A stretch of 53,050 bases of DNA, counting the filler, from Dendrobates tinctorius (Eukaryota), in the NCBI RefSeq assembly GCF_039654945.1. It is 6 parts of 6 records of this genome, joined end to end, with 100 filler letters (N's around TTAATTAATTAA, not from the genome) between each part and the next. Parts side by side here need not be neighbours in the genome. Positions count along the whole stretch, not along the records: positions 24,689 to 41,118 come from NW_027361795.1; positions 41,219 to 51,053 come from NW_027361752.1; 4 more parts are not named here. One strand, 5' to 3'. The translations under genes were made by a program, and so were the position numbers. Under the pieces are notes generated by a model that saw only the letters and a program-made list of their open reading frames with translations, was not told the origin of the DNA and ran no database searches. Positions 36,598 through 48,346 of the stretch are shown here, piece after piece; position 1 is the stretch's first letter; the number at the start of each line of letters is the position of its first letter.

Positions 36598-38317
36598 ATT
36601 AGATTTAGCTGCTAGTAGATCATTAGAAACTTTAGTGAGGGCAGTTTCAGTAGAGTGTAAAGAGCGGAAACCGGATTGTAGAGGGTCGAGAAGAGAGTTA
36701 TCTGAGAGATAGCGGATAAGACAGGTGTGGACCAGGCGTTCCAGGAGTTTAGAGATGAAGGGAAGATTAGAGATAGGTCTATAGCTAGAGGCACAGTTTT
36801 GGTCCAGGGATATTTTTTTACGTAATAGATGTATGATGGCATGCTTAAATGAGGAGGGAAAGATACCAGAAGAGAGAGAGAGGTTGAATATTTTTGTTAG
36901 GTGAGTGGTGACAGCAGGGGAAAAGAACTGGAGAAGATCTGATGGAATGGGATCACTGGTACAATTAGTAGGGTGCAAGGAGCCTGATTACTTCTTCTTC
37001 TGTGAATGGTTCAAAATCAGAGAGTGAGCTAGATACAGTGGGGGAGGGAGGACAGTGCATGGTATGAGGGGATTGGGAGATAATTTCCTCGGATATGGTC
37101 AATCTTATCTTTGAAATAATTGGCCAGAACGTCTGCGTGGAGATCCGTGGTTGGAGCCTGCACTCTTGGGCTGAGTAGGGAATGAAAAGTGTCAAAGAGA
37201 TGTTTCGGGTTATTGGATAGTGAGGTGATGAGGGTGTTTAAATAGGTTTGTTTGGAGAGGTGAAGGGCAGTGTTGTATGTTTTAAGCATAAAGCTATAAT
37301 GGATGAAATCTTCGGGTAGAATGGATTTTCTCCAAAGACGTTCGGCGCACCTGGAGCACCGCTGCAGGAAATGTTTTTTGCAGCGTATGCCACGGTTGTT
37401 GCCGTCTGTGCCTAGTTGTTCTAGGAGGTGCAGTTTCATCCAGGACACTTTGAAGTGTTTCAATGTAATGCTTCAGTGCAGAATCAGAACATGAGAGGGA
37501 GGAGATAGGGGCAAATGATGACTGCAAGTTCTTCATAAGTTTCTGGGTGTTAATGGCCTGTATGTTCTTATAAGTGTGCAAAGTGGGGGTGACCTAAGCG
37601 GGATGGAAGTTCTTGATAGAGAATGAAAGAAGGTTGTGGTCAGAAAGTGGGAGAGGGAAGTTTGTGAAATCATCCACTGAGCAGAGTCGGGAGAAGACCA
37701 AGTCGAGGGAAGTACTCTAATTTCAATGACAAAGCTAGTCCCTGTGCATTGTGATAAGCGCAATCGTAGCATGTGCTCTGTGGTCGGTTCAGCGCCATCC
37801 CCTCAAATGACATCACTGGTCTCCTGCAGGCCGGGTATTGTGACACCACTCTGTGTGACACACCTTTGAGCTGAGCGAACAACAGTGTGTGCTGTGATTG
37901 TGCTCATAGTACAGCAAACAGGGACAAGCCCTGCCCCTGAAGCGAGCGTCATTGACGCTTCGTTTCAGGGAGGTGGAAGAGGCTGTGACAGTAACAGCAA
38001 CTTCTGCCTCCAAATGACAGTTCATTTGAGTATCCCAGCACACAGGAAGTGAAAAAAATAATAGAATAGCAGTTAGTGTGTGTAGTGATGAAACGATAGG
38101 GAATTTTTAATGCAAAATACAGTCCTGCTCATAGTTATTGGCGCCCATGAATTGTAAGTACATAATGTGGAATTTCTCCTGAAAAAATTGAATTAAGTGA
38201 AACAGTTTTTTTATGTGTCAAATGATAAACAATAATTTAAAACAAAACACAATGGAAGGGAAAAATAGAAAAACCTAAAGCTTGCTTTGACACTGGTATT
38301 GGCACCCTTTACTTTAA

Positions 38318-39982
38318 CCCTTTAATGACCGCCAATACGCCTTTTAACGGCGTCAGTTAAGGGTACTTATTCCTCAGTGCCGCTTTTTAACGGTGCTGAG
38401 AAATAAGTGTATAGCACCCCCCCCGGAGTCAGAATTTCTCTGGGGTCTCAGCTACTGGGGGTAGCTGAGAACCCAGAGAACATGATTCGGGTTGGTTTTT
38501 ACCGACCCCAGTGTTGCGATCGCCGTTATTATCGGAATAATGGCGATCACAAAAAAAGTCTGATTTCCCATTTAATTTCTCTCTCGCACATCAGAGGAGA
38601 GAGAAATGAGGTCCCCCAATTCTCCCCTGGTACCTCTGGTGTCCCTGGACCCTCCTGCATCCCCTGGTCCTGTCCCCTGGCCGTCGGAATCTTCTTGCTG
38701 GAAGAAAATGGCGGGCGCATGCGCAGTGCGCCCGCCGACATCTGCCAGGCGGCACCGAGAAACAATAGGAAATATTTCCTATTGGTTCATTTTGATCACT
38801 GTGATAAACCCTATCACAGTGATCAAAATAAAAAAATAGTAAATCAACCCCCCCCTTTAACACCCCCTTAGTTAGGTAAAAATAATAAAATAAAAAAAAT
38901 GTATTTATTACCATTTTCCATTAGGGTTAGGGTTGGGCTAAAGTTAGGGCTGGGCTAGGGTTAGGGTTGGGCTAGGGTTAGGGTCGTGGTTATTTTTGGG
39001 ATTACAGTTGGGGTTGGGATTAGGGTTAGGGGTGTGTTAGGGTTAGGTTTATGGTTAAGGTTATGGTTAGGGTTGGGATTAGGGTTAGGGGTGTGTTGGG
39101 GTTAGGGATGGAGTTAGAATTTGGGGGTTCCACTGTTTAGTTACATCAGGGGTTCTCCAAACGCGACATGGCAACCAATATTGCGTTCAAAAAGTCAAAC
39201 GGTGCTCCCTCCTGAGCCCTGACATGCGCCCAGTGGCTTTCCCCCACATACGGGGTATTGGCGTACTCAGGAGAAATTGCACAACAAATTTTGTGGTCCA
39301 TTTTCTCCTGATATACTTGTGAAAGTAAAAAAAATTTGGTTCCAAACTGAACTTTTTGTTAAAAAAGTAAAATGCTCATTTTTTCCTTCCTCTTTGCTTT
39401 AGTTCTCGTGAAGCACCTGAAGGGTTAATAAACTTCTTGAATGTGGTTTTGCGCACTTTGAGGGGTGCAGTTTTTAGAATGGTGTCACTTTTGGGTATTT
39501 TCTGTTATATTGACCCCCCAAACTCACCTCAAATGTGGGGTGGTCCCTAAAAAAATGGTTTTGTAAATTTAGTTGGAAAAATGAGAAATCGCTGGTCAAT
39601 TTTTAGCCCTTATAACTTCCTAACCAAAATAAATTATGTTTTCAAAATTGTGCTGATGTAAAGTTGACTTGTGGGAAATGTTATTTATTAACTATTTTGC
39701 GTGACACCACGCTCTGATTTAAGGGTACAAAAATTACTGTTTGAAAATTGCAAAGTCTTCAAAATTTTGGCCAAATTTCCATTTTTTTCATAAATAAACG
39801 GAAGTCGTATTGCAGAAATGTTACCACTAACATGAAGTATAATATGTCACGAAAAAAACAGTCTCAGAATCAGTGGGATGCATTGAAGCGTTCCAGAGCT
39901 TTAACCTCATAAATTGACAGTGGTCAGAATTGTAAAAATTGGCCTGGTCATTAAGTACCAAATTGGCTCTGTCTCGAAGGGG
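38318..39982. mobile_element. piggyBac-like non-autonomous element
   Basis: TTAA|CCCTTTAATGAC ... GTCTCGAAGGGG|TTAT; non-coding. Confidence 0.75.
38921..39116 (+). repeat. Degenerate telomere-like (TTAGGG)n tract
   Basis: Mixed TTAGGG, TTGGG and CTAGGG units. Confidence 0.85.
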
Positions 39983-40217
39983 TTATATTAGTATGGAAAC
40001 ACATTTTGATTGGCCTGTGGTAAATCACAAATGAGAATCACCTGTAATTAATTGTCGGTGTCCATGTGATATGAATGAGCCAATGAATGATGACTTGTTT
40101 TAAAAAGCCACATGGAAGGCTCTGTTCCTTTGTCACAATGGTGAAGATAAAGGATCTATCTGAGGACATCAGAACTGCTATTATTAGCAAACACAAGACT
40201 TCCAAAGGGTATAAGGT

Positions 40218-41118
40218 TGTCAGGAAAACCCCTTTTGTTTCAGCTCAGTTCATGAACTTGCAGCTCTCTGGTGACCCCTTACCCTCAGGCGAGTCATGGA
40301 AGTTACCAAAGCCTACATCGGGTCAGAAACCAATCCCCGCTAGCGGAAATTGCGCGGAGTACGTGTCGGTTCGATCATAGTGCAAAAAGAACAAAGCTCG
40401 TGAATTTATAAGTTTACTCCAGAAAATATCGGCAGTGTTTACAAAAATACAAAAGATATTAGAAAAAAAGACAAGATACAATAGGTACAACAGTCAGAAA
40501 CTAAAAGGGATGAAAATATGAAACTTACTATATCTCTGTCACAGGTATGAAGTGTCAATAAGGGGAGGACAGACTACCCAAAGGAGAAACTCAGTCCACA
40601 GCCTGGTGTCTAGTTGTCTCTCTGGGTTCTGAACACGTCCCAAAATGCACGTTTCTGTTTTATGCTTTGCCCACAAACCTGGAGACTCCTCCTTCTGCTG
40701 ACCACACAGGTGGGCGGTGTTCAAGAAGGTACACCTCTTTTGCAAAATTATCAAAACTCCTATTCTCCATATCTTTGGCCGAGAAGTTCACAGGGCGACG
40801 ATATGGGCATTATATTTTCCCCTGCAAATTTGCCATTCTTTTGATACCAAACATGGCAGGTCTGCGTATTACTGGGGAGGGCAGAAATTCATTTCCCAGG
40901 TTCCTGATGGCCCTAATAACGCTGTCATGCGTAGCCCTACATGTCCAGATTTTGGAAATCCAATTTTCACATTTCTAGGATTACTGGGAGTTATTAAATT
41001 TGACTTTGAGTATGTGGGGATAGGAACAAAGAAGTTATTGGCGGGAAAACCTTCTTGCTAGAGGCAATAACCTCACATTTCCAAGGGAGGGGGGAGAGAG
41101 TAGAATTTCACAGAGTGA
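40218..41118 (-). mobile_element. LTR fragment, cut by segment end
   Basis: TGTCA start interrupts the Tc1 ORF. Shares CCCTTACCCTCAGG with the LTR at ~14520. Confidence 0.6.
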
Positions 41119-41218
41119 NNNNNNNNNNNNNNNNNNNNNNNNNNNNNNNNNNNNNNNNNNNNTTAATTAATTAANNNNNNNNNNNNNNNNNNNNNNNNNN
41201 NNNNNNNNNNNNNNNNNN
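41119..41218. other. Artificial contig linker
   Basis: Same 100-nt linker. Confidence 0.97.
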
Positions 41219-41780
41219 GATGCCATTTCTTTTGCCCAGAACCCATTTGGGCCAGGCTAGAAGGACCTGATTTTGATGTGGGGGCATCACTGTGTATTCT
41301 TAGTATGAGATCAGTGGCCCAAAGTCATTTAACCCCTTCAAAACACCAGTTACTTATTCAAATGGCCAAAATCGACTGTCTGCCCACTTCGATGCCAGTT
41401 CTGATGCCCAGAACCTATTTGGGCCAGGGTGGAGGGACCTGGTTTTGATATGGGGCTCCCTGTTCTATATGTCTGCAGTGTGATATCAGTGGCCCAGTCA
41501 TTTAACCCTTTCATTAACGCCCTTCTGTGCCCACTTTGATGCCCATTTTTATAGTTTTTGTAGCTGTTTGTAAGTGCATTCACATCAGGGCGCCTCACTG
41601 CATTGTATGTTATTATTGTGATGCTTATTTTTTGTTGTTAAACCTATAAAAAACAGAAAAGAAAAAATTGCTGAATAAGAAACTGACGAACAACTTCAGC
41701 CTCGTTTCCGTGGCGCTACATTGTGGCACAAGCTGCACTCCTACTTTGCGAGTCTCCGGCGCTGCTCACACTGTGAGTGA

Positions 41781-42079
41781 GGCCATGTGCACACGTAAGT
41801 ATCGACTGCAGAAATTTCTGCATCTCTTGGCAGGGAAAATGCAGGGCGAAATAGAAAGGTTTTTGTCACTTTTTTTGGTGCATTTTCCCCGACTCATTAC
41901 TAGGGTGAAATCTGCCGCAAAAACGCTGAAAGAATTTACATACCGGAGAAATAAACCTGCAAGGAAAAAGTAAGCAACGTGTGACTGAGACGTCCGGATT
42001 CTCACTCACTATCACCAGGAAATCCTTCTTTTATTTTTTACAAATCTGTGCAGCAAAAACGCAACGTGTGCACACAGCC
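41781..42079. mobile_element. Harbinger-type MITE
   Basis: GGCCATGTGCACACG ... CGTGTGCACACAGCC, flanked by TGA and TAA. Confidence 0.75.
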
Positions 42080-42449
42080 TAAAGCTACTCTCCACAGGAC
42101 ACCGGCAGCTCTCACACTGGATCTCCACCCTAGAAAGTGATGAGACGGCGCAGATTGGACGGCTGGGACCCCACCGCTGCGAGGCGCGAGGAGGCCGCAG
42201 TGCTCGTGTATGGCTGTGTCCCCCCAAAGTGCAGCCGTCACACTGCATGGCAGGGGAATGTGTGACGCTAACACTACTCTATGGAGCGGAGGGGGTCCCA
42301 GGGGACAACACCACTATGTAGGACAGTAACGTCCCAATATGGAGGGGGCAGGGATGGAAGACGCACTGTGGGAACACACACCAGCCTGGCGTAAGACGTT
42401 TATTTACGTCCTTTCTGTGCCCCTCACCCACGGATAACTCGAAATGACA

Positions 42450-42800
42450 GCGTCCTCGCCATATGTGCGGCTGACTACGAGCCGTGTATCTGCTAGGCCC
42501 CCGTGTCAGGAGGATGTCCGGCAGAAGGCGCAGCCCTGACACGGAGCAGCTGTGTCCACTCTCCGGCCACCTGTGTGATAACCCGCCCGGACAGCGCGGT
42601 CCCCGGCTCACCTCTCCCGGAGCACAGCGGAGCGGTCACCTTGCTTTCCGCCTATCACCGTGCGCGCACCCTGATGACGTCGACGAAGTCACGCACGCTG
42701 GTCGAAAGCTCCGCCCCTCGCGGCGACGCGCTGAGCACCAAGCGTGTGCTGGTGCTCTGCGCGTGCGCACATGCTCACCAAGTCACGTGCTTGTATTAGT
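42450..42800 (-). promoter_or_regulatory. CpG-island promoter and probable non-coding first exon of an unidentified minus-strand gene
   Basis: CpG-dense unique sequence. On the minus strand in order: E-box CACGTGAC, NRF1-like TGCGCACGCGCA, GC box GGGGCGGAGC, CRE-like CGACGTCA, then a donor GAG|GTGAGC at 42612/42611. Confidence 0.65.
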
Positions 42801-43087
42801 CGCTGCCGATAGACGTGTGCACCACAAGTCCCAGAAGGCTATAAATAACAGCTGTTTCCAGCCGTCTGTGTGTGGGGACGATCCCTGCCCTCATTAGCTT
42901 CTGCGTTACTGCGCACAAGAAAACAAAAAGCCATTTCACTCCGCTGTGCTGGAGCCGATTCACATCCACATCGTGTCCGTGTCCATAGCTGCCGTCACTG
43001 GGATCAGATTTTCTCGTTTGCAAAAAACCCAGAATCTGATTAAACTCCGCACAATCCACGGCTGCATGAACTGCAACATATGGAGCC

Positions 43088-46000
43088 CGTCTGTCTGTCC
43101 TCGTGTGTCCTCGTCTGTCTGTCACCGTCTGTGTGTCCTTGTCTGTGTGTCTCTCTCTGTGTCCCGTCTGTGTGTCTCTGTGTCCCGTCTGTGTGTCTCT
43201 CTCTGTGTCCCGTCTGTCTGTCACCGTCTGTGTGTCCCCGTCTGTGTGTCTCTCTCTGTGTCCCGTCTGTGTGTCCTTGTCTGTGTCTCTCTCTGTGTCC
43301 CTTCTGTGTGTCCCGTCTGTCTGTCACCATCTGTGTGTCCTTGTCTGTGTGTCTCTGTGTCCCGTCTGTTTCCCTGTGTGTCCCCGTCCGTGTGTCCTTG
43401 TCTGTGTGTCCCCGTCTGTGTGTCTCTCTGTGTCCCCGTCTGTGTGTCTCTCTCTGTGTCCCGTCTGTCTGTCACCGTGTGTGTGTCCCCGTCTGTGTGT
43501 CCCCGTCTGTGTGTCTCTCTCTGTGTCCCGTCTGTGTGTCCCCGTCTGTGTGTCTCTCTCTGTGTCCCCGTCTGTGTGTCCTTGTCTGTGTCTCTCTCTG
43601 TGTCCCGTCTGTGTGTCCCGTCTGTCTGTCACCATCTGTGTGTCTCTGTGTCCCGTCTGTTTCCCTGTGTGTCCCCGTCCGTGTGTCCTTGTCTGTGTGT
43701 CCCCGTCTGTGTGTCTCTCTGTGTCCCCGTCTGTGTGTCTCTCTCTGTGTCCCGTCTGTCTGTCACCATGTGTGTGTCCCCGTCTGTGTGTCCTTGTCTG
43801 TGTGTCTCTCTCTGTGTCCCGTCTGTGTGTCCCGTCTGTCTGTCCCCATCTGTGTGTCCCCGTCTGTGTGTCCTTGTCTGTGTGTCTCTCTCTGTGTCCC
43901 GTCTGTGTATCTCTCTCTGTCCTTGTCTGTGTCTGTGTCCTTGTCTGTGTGTCCCCGTCTGTGTGTCTCTCTCTGTGTCCCGTCTGTCTGTCACCGTCTG
44001 TGTGTCTCTGTGTCCCGTCTGTGTGTCCCCGTCTGTGTGTCTCTCTCTGTGTCCCGTCTGTGTGTCCTTGTCTGTGTCCCGTCTGTGTGTCCCGTCTGTC
44101 TGTCACCGTCTGTCTGTCACCATCTGTGTGTCCTTGTCTGTGTGTCTCTGTGTCCCGTCTGTTTCCCTGTGTGTCCCCGTCCGTGTGTCCTTGTCTGTCT
44201 GTCCTTGTCTGTGTGTCCCCGTCTGTGTGTCTCTCTGTGTCCCCGTCTGTGTGTCTCTCTCTGTGTCCCGTCTGTGTGTCTCTCTCTGTGTCCCGTCTGT
44301 CTGTCACCGTGTGTGTGTCCCCGTCTGTGTGTCCTTGTCTGTGTGTCTCTCTCTCTGTCCCGTCTGTGTGTCCCGTCTGTGTGTCTCTGTGTCCTTGTCT
44401 GTGTCTCTGTGTCCTTGTCTGTCTGTCCTTGTCTGTGTGTCTCTGTGTCCTTGTCTGTGTGTCTCTCTCTGTGTCCCGTCTGTCTGTCACCGTCTGTGTG
44501 TCTCTGTGTCCCGTCTGTGTGTCTCTCTCTGTGTCCCGTCTGTGTGTCCCCGTCTGTGTGTCTCTCTCTGTGTCCCGTCTGTCTGTCACCGTCTGTGTGT
44601 CTCTGTGTCCCGTCTGTGTGTCTCTCTCTGTGTCCCGTCTGTGTGTCCCCGTCTGTGTGTCTCTCTCTGTGTCCCGTCTGTGTGTCCTTGTCTGTGTCTC
44701 TCTCTGTGTCCCGTCTGTGTGTCCCGTCTGTCTGTCACCATCTGTGTGTCCTTGTCTGTGTGTCTCTGTGTCCCGTCTGTTTCCCTGTGTGTCCCCGTCC
44801 GTGTGTCCTTGTCTGTGTGTCCCCGTCTGTGTGTCTCTCTGTGTCCCCGTCTGTGTGTCTCTCTCTGTGTCCCGTCTGTCTGTCACCGTGTGTGTGTCCC
44901 CGTCTGTGTGTCCTTGTCTGTGTGTCTCTCTCTGTGTCCCGTCTGTGTATCCCGTCTGTCTGTCCCCATCTGTGTGTCCCCGTCTGTGTGTCCTTGTCTG
45001 TGTGTCTCTCTCTGTGTCCCGTCTGTGTGTCTCTCTCTGTCCTTGTCTGTGTCCTTGTCTGTGTGTCCCCGTCTGTGTGTCTCTCTCTGTGTCCCGTCTG
45101 TCTGTCACCGTCTGTGTGTCTCTGTGTCCCGTCTGTGTGTCCCCGTCTGTGTGTCTCTCTCTGTGTCCCGTCTGTGTGTCCTTGTCTGTGTCTCTCTCTG
45201 TGTCCCGTCTGTGTGTCCCGTCTGTCTGTCACCGTCTGTCTGTCACCATCTGTGTGTCTCTGTGTCCCGTCTGTTTCCCTGTGTGTCCCCGTCCGTGTGT
45301 CCTTGTCTGTCTGTCCTTGTCTGTGTGTCCCCGTCTGTGTGTCTCTCTGTGTCCCCGTCTGTGTGTCTCTCTCTGTGTCCCGTCTGTCTGTCACCGTGTG
45401 TGTGTCCCCGTCTGTGTGTCCTTGTCTGTGTGTCTCTCTCTGTGTCCCGTCTGTGTGTCCCGTCTGTCTGTCCCCGTCTGTGTGTCCTTGTCTGTGTGTC
45501 TCTCTCTGTGTCCCGTCTGTGTGTCTCTCTCTGTCCTTGTCTGTGTCCTTGTCTGTGTGTCCCCGTCTGTGTGTCTCTCTCTGTGTCCCGTCTGTCTGTC
45601 ACCGTCTGTGTGTCTCTGTGTCCCGTCTGTGTGTCCCCGTCTGTGTGTCTCTCTCTGTGTCCCGTCTGTGTGTCCTTGTCTGTGTCCCGTCTGTGTGTCC
45701 CGTCTGTGTGTCCCGTCTGTCTGTCCCGTCTGTCTGTCACCGTCTGTCTGTCACCATCTGTGTGTCCTTGTCTGTGTGTCTCTGTGTCCCGTCTGTTTCC
45801 CTGTGTGTCCCCGTCCGTGTGTCCTTGTCTGTCTGTCCTTGTCTGTGTGTCTCTCTCTGTGTCCCGTCTGTCTGTCACCGTGTGTGTGTCCCCGTCTGTG
45901 TGTCCTTGTCTGTGTGTCTCTCTCTGTGTCCCGTCTGTGTGTCCCGTCTGTCTGTCCCCATCTGTGTGTCCCCGTCTGTGTGTCCTTGTCTGTGTGTCTC

Positions 46001-46552
46001 TCTCTGTGTCCCGTCTGTGTGTCTCTCTCTGCCCTTGTCTGTGTCCTTGTCTGTGTGTCCCCGTCTGTGTGTCTCTCTCTGTGTCCCGTCTGTCTGTCAC
46101 CGTCTGTGTGTCTCTGTGTCCCGTCTGTGTGTCCCCGTCTGTGTGTCTCTCTCTGTGTCCCGTCTGTGTGTCCTTGTCTGTGTCTCTCTCTGTGTCCCGT
46201 CTGTGTGTCCCGTCTGTCTGTCACCGTCTGTCTGTCACCATCTGTGTGTCCTTGTCTGTGTGTCTCTGTGTCCCGTCTGTTTCCCTGTGTGTCCCCGTCC
46301 GTGTGTCCTTGTCTGTCTGTCCTTGTCTGTGTGTCCCCGTCTGTGTGTCTCTCTGTGTCCCCGTCTGTCTGTCACCGTGTGTGTGTCCCCGTCTGTGTGT
46401 CCTTGTCTGTGTGTCTCTCTCTGTGTCCCGTCTGTCTGTCCCCATCTGTGTGTCCCCGTCTGTGTGTCCTTGTCTGTGTGTCTCTCTCTGTGTCCCGTCT
46501 GTGTGTCCTTGTCTGTGTGTCCCGTCTGTGTGTCCCCGTCTGTGTTTGTCAC
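43088..46552. repeat. Compound TG/TC microsatellite-derived satellite
   Basis: Shuffled modules CCCGTCTGTGTG, TCTCTCTCTGTG, CCTTGTCTG and TCACC over ~3.5 kb; almost no A on the + strand. Confidence 0.96.
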
Positions 46553-46710
46553 CCTGGTGCTGTCTTTTTTATTGTTTCATGAATATGACAAGGAAATTTT
46601 TTTTTGCAAATTTACAGCTTGTACTGTTCATTACGGCTCTGATTTTACGTGTGAGAAAACGGTCCCAACTTCATCAATGTTTTTGATCGAAGTATCAGAA
46701 ATGTGTCAAT

Positions 46711-47773
46711 TGTTACAGTCACAGCCCTGACTGAATCCACTCCAGACTAGACACTGTCCAATCAGGGGCTGCAAAAAAAAAAAACACTTTAGGAAAAAGA
46801 AACTCTCCAAGAATGTTTGAGAAACTCTTCAAAACCACAAGAGGAAACTGTAGTGAAATACGGATATGTATGGATATATGACCAGCAGTAAATTAACATC
46901 TGTCCTTAGACTGCAGCTCTCCACACATGACCTATGCTTTCCTGAGAAGAGACAGTCTTTCTGGTCTCAACCCCAGGGGATTCCTGAGAACACACAAAGT
47001 GGAAACATTTCACACCTTCTAGTGTCTTTGATGGAGAGACGCCAATTGCAGCCTGACGCTATGTATGAGAAAGGTCACACAAATAGTGTTCAAAGAGAAA
47101 ATAATGTATTCATTGGTAAAATAACCATGGTCCTGTCACAACCAAGGATTAGAATATTAACATGAGAGGCTGGTCTAGAAATCCGATCTCCAAGCTAATC
47201 TATAAACAAGGCCCGTACACATAGAAACCTGTTCACAGTGAGGGGCAGCCTAGCTTATGTGCTCCATTTCATATTCCCCCCTCCTTTGGGGACAGAGTGT
47301 CAGGATGCAAAGTTCGATATTTCTGTAAGTTTTCTCCCTTTTATTTTATCACTGTTTTTGCATATTTGTATGTCACTTTTTATTTCCATTTGTATATCCT
47401 TTTTATTGTAAGCACTGTACCTTTTATATTAAAGCTTAAAACTTTAATAAGTCTGAACCTTGTTGCTCTAAAGAATCCATAGCCTTAGAGTGTGTGCTCC
47501 TGGTGATTGGCACATCGTAGTATTTCCAGGACTCATCGCCCGTGTGTTCGGTGATTGGTGGCAGCTAGTATGAGCGGTGTGTGGTCTGTGTCGGGGTGTG
47601 AGTTATGCTCCCACTGCAGCATAGACCAGAGGTTGAATGCTGGACTGAGTGAGGGGAGATAGATTAACCCTTGCAGGCGCAACCCCAAGTCACGTGCTGA
47701 GACGCGGGTATGTGACAATTTGCTGGCAGCGCGGTGGGATATACGAATATATCCTCCCTGGTAATTTGTGAGA
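46711..47773 (+). mobile_element. LTR (probable solo) with an internal PBS-like motif
   Basis: TGTTAC start, TATAAA near 47201, AATAA near 47446, TGTGACA at 47711-47717 then TGCTGGCAGCGCGGTGGGAT. A second possible end TGTGAGA lies at 47767-47773. TSD is ambiguous. Confidence 0.6.
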
Positions 47774-47839
47774 AATTGAAACAAAAAACTACAAAACCCT
47801 GTAGACGGGCAAGTAACATTTTGGTGGGTAAAGGACTTA

Positions 47840-48118
47840 GGCTGCTCTCACATTCGGTGGCCCCATTGGGGCTTGTGTCTGGATCCCCTGCAAAATGGGA
47901 CTCGGACGCATGTGCTGATGGGGCCATAGACTATGGTGTCTGCCTCCGGTAGATGTACAGGTCTGAAAATGATGCACAACACAGCGCACATTCGCTCTGC
48001 ACCATTATAGTCTGTGGCCCTGTCGGCTCATAAGCCCAAATCCCGTTTTGCCGGGGGGTCCGGAAACAAGCCTGACGGGACCACCGGATGAATAACTAAA
48101 CGCAACGTGAAAACTCCT
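47840..48118. mobile_element. Palindromic Harbinger-type MITE
   Basis: TTA|GGCTGCTCTCAC start; inverted arms GGCCATAGACTATGGTG / CACCATTATAGTCTGTGGCC. Confidence 0.6.
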
Positions 48119-48127
48119 TCAGGCCAC

Positions 48128-48342
48128 GGTCACACGCTCAGCATTTGGTCAGTATTTTACCTCAGTATTTGGTCACACACTCAGCATTTGGTCAGTATTT
48201 TACCTCAGTATTTGGTCACACACTCAGCATTTGGTCAGTATTTTACCTCAGTATTTGGTCACACGCTCAGCATTTGGTCAGTATTTTACCTCAGTATTTG
48301 GTCACACGCTCAGCATTTGGTCAGTATTTTACCTCAGTATTT
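48128..48342. repeat. Five tandem 43-bp copies
   Basis: GGTCACAC(G/A)CTCAGCATTTGGTCAGTATTTTACCTCAGTATTT starting at 48128, 48171, 48214, 48257 and 48300. Confidence 0.95.
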
Positions 48343-48346
48343 GTAA

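Larger units (their letters stand above)
34090..37712 (-). mobile_element. L2 LINE, 5'-truncated and decayed
   Basis: [57 protein letters not shown]; L2-type 3' end TGTAAAGTGCTGCAGAATATGTT...TAAATAAA with a short (TTA/TTG) tail. Confidence 0.93.
33853..38115. mobile_element. Kolobok/T2-like palindromic MITE split by the L2 insertion
   Basis: TTAA|AGGGGT start. CACAGCCACTTCCACCTCC (~34050) is inverted relative to GGAGGTGGAAGAGGCTGTG (~37969). Confidence 0.5.
38120..40217 (+). mobile_element. Tc1 5' end, interrupted twice
   Basis: TA|CAGTCC terminus with an internal direct repeat (TATTGGC.CCC). Transposase start MVKIKDLSEDIRTAIISKHKTSKGYK at 40138. Confidence 0.7.

Noticed and set aside
38921-39116. 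True telomere or chromosome-fusion site
   Set aside because: It is short, degenerate, single-orientation and enclosed within transposon termini.
42796-43090. Minus-strand ORF tail resembling a mitochondrial presequence (COX4I1 considered because EMC8 is in the window)
   Set aside because: No real similarity to COX4I1, it stops after a short stretch, and it lies on a different segment from EMC8.
42946-46730. Three Cys/Val-rich ORFs over 1100 aa (keratin-associated or metallothionein-like in appearance)
   Set aside because: The A-poor satellite can hardly form stop codons, and all frames are equally open.
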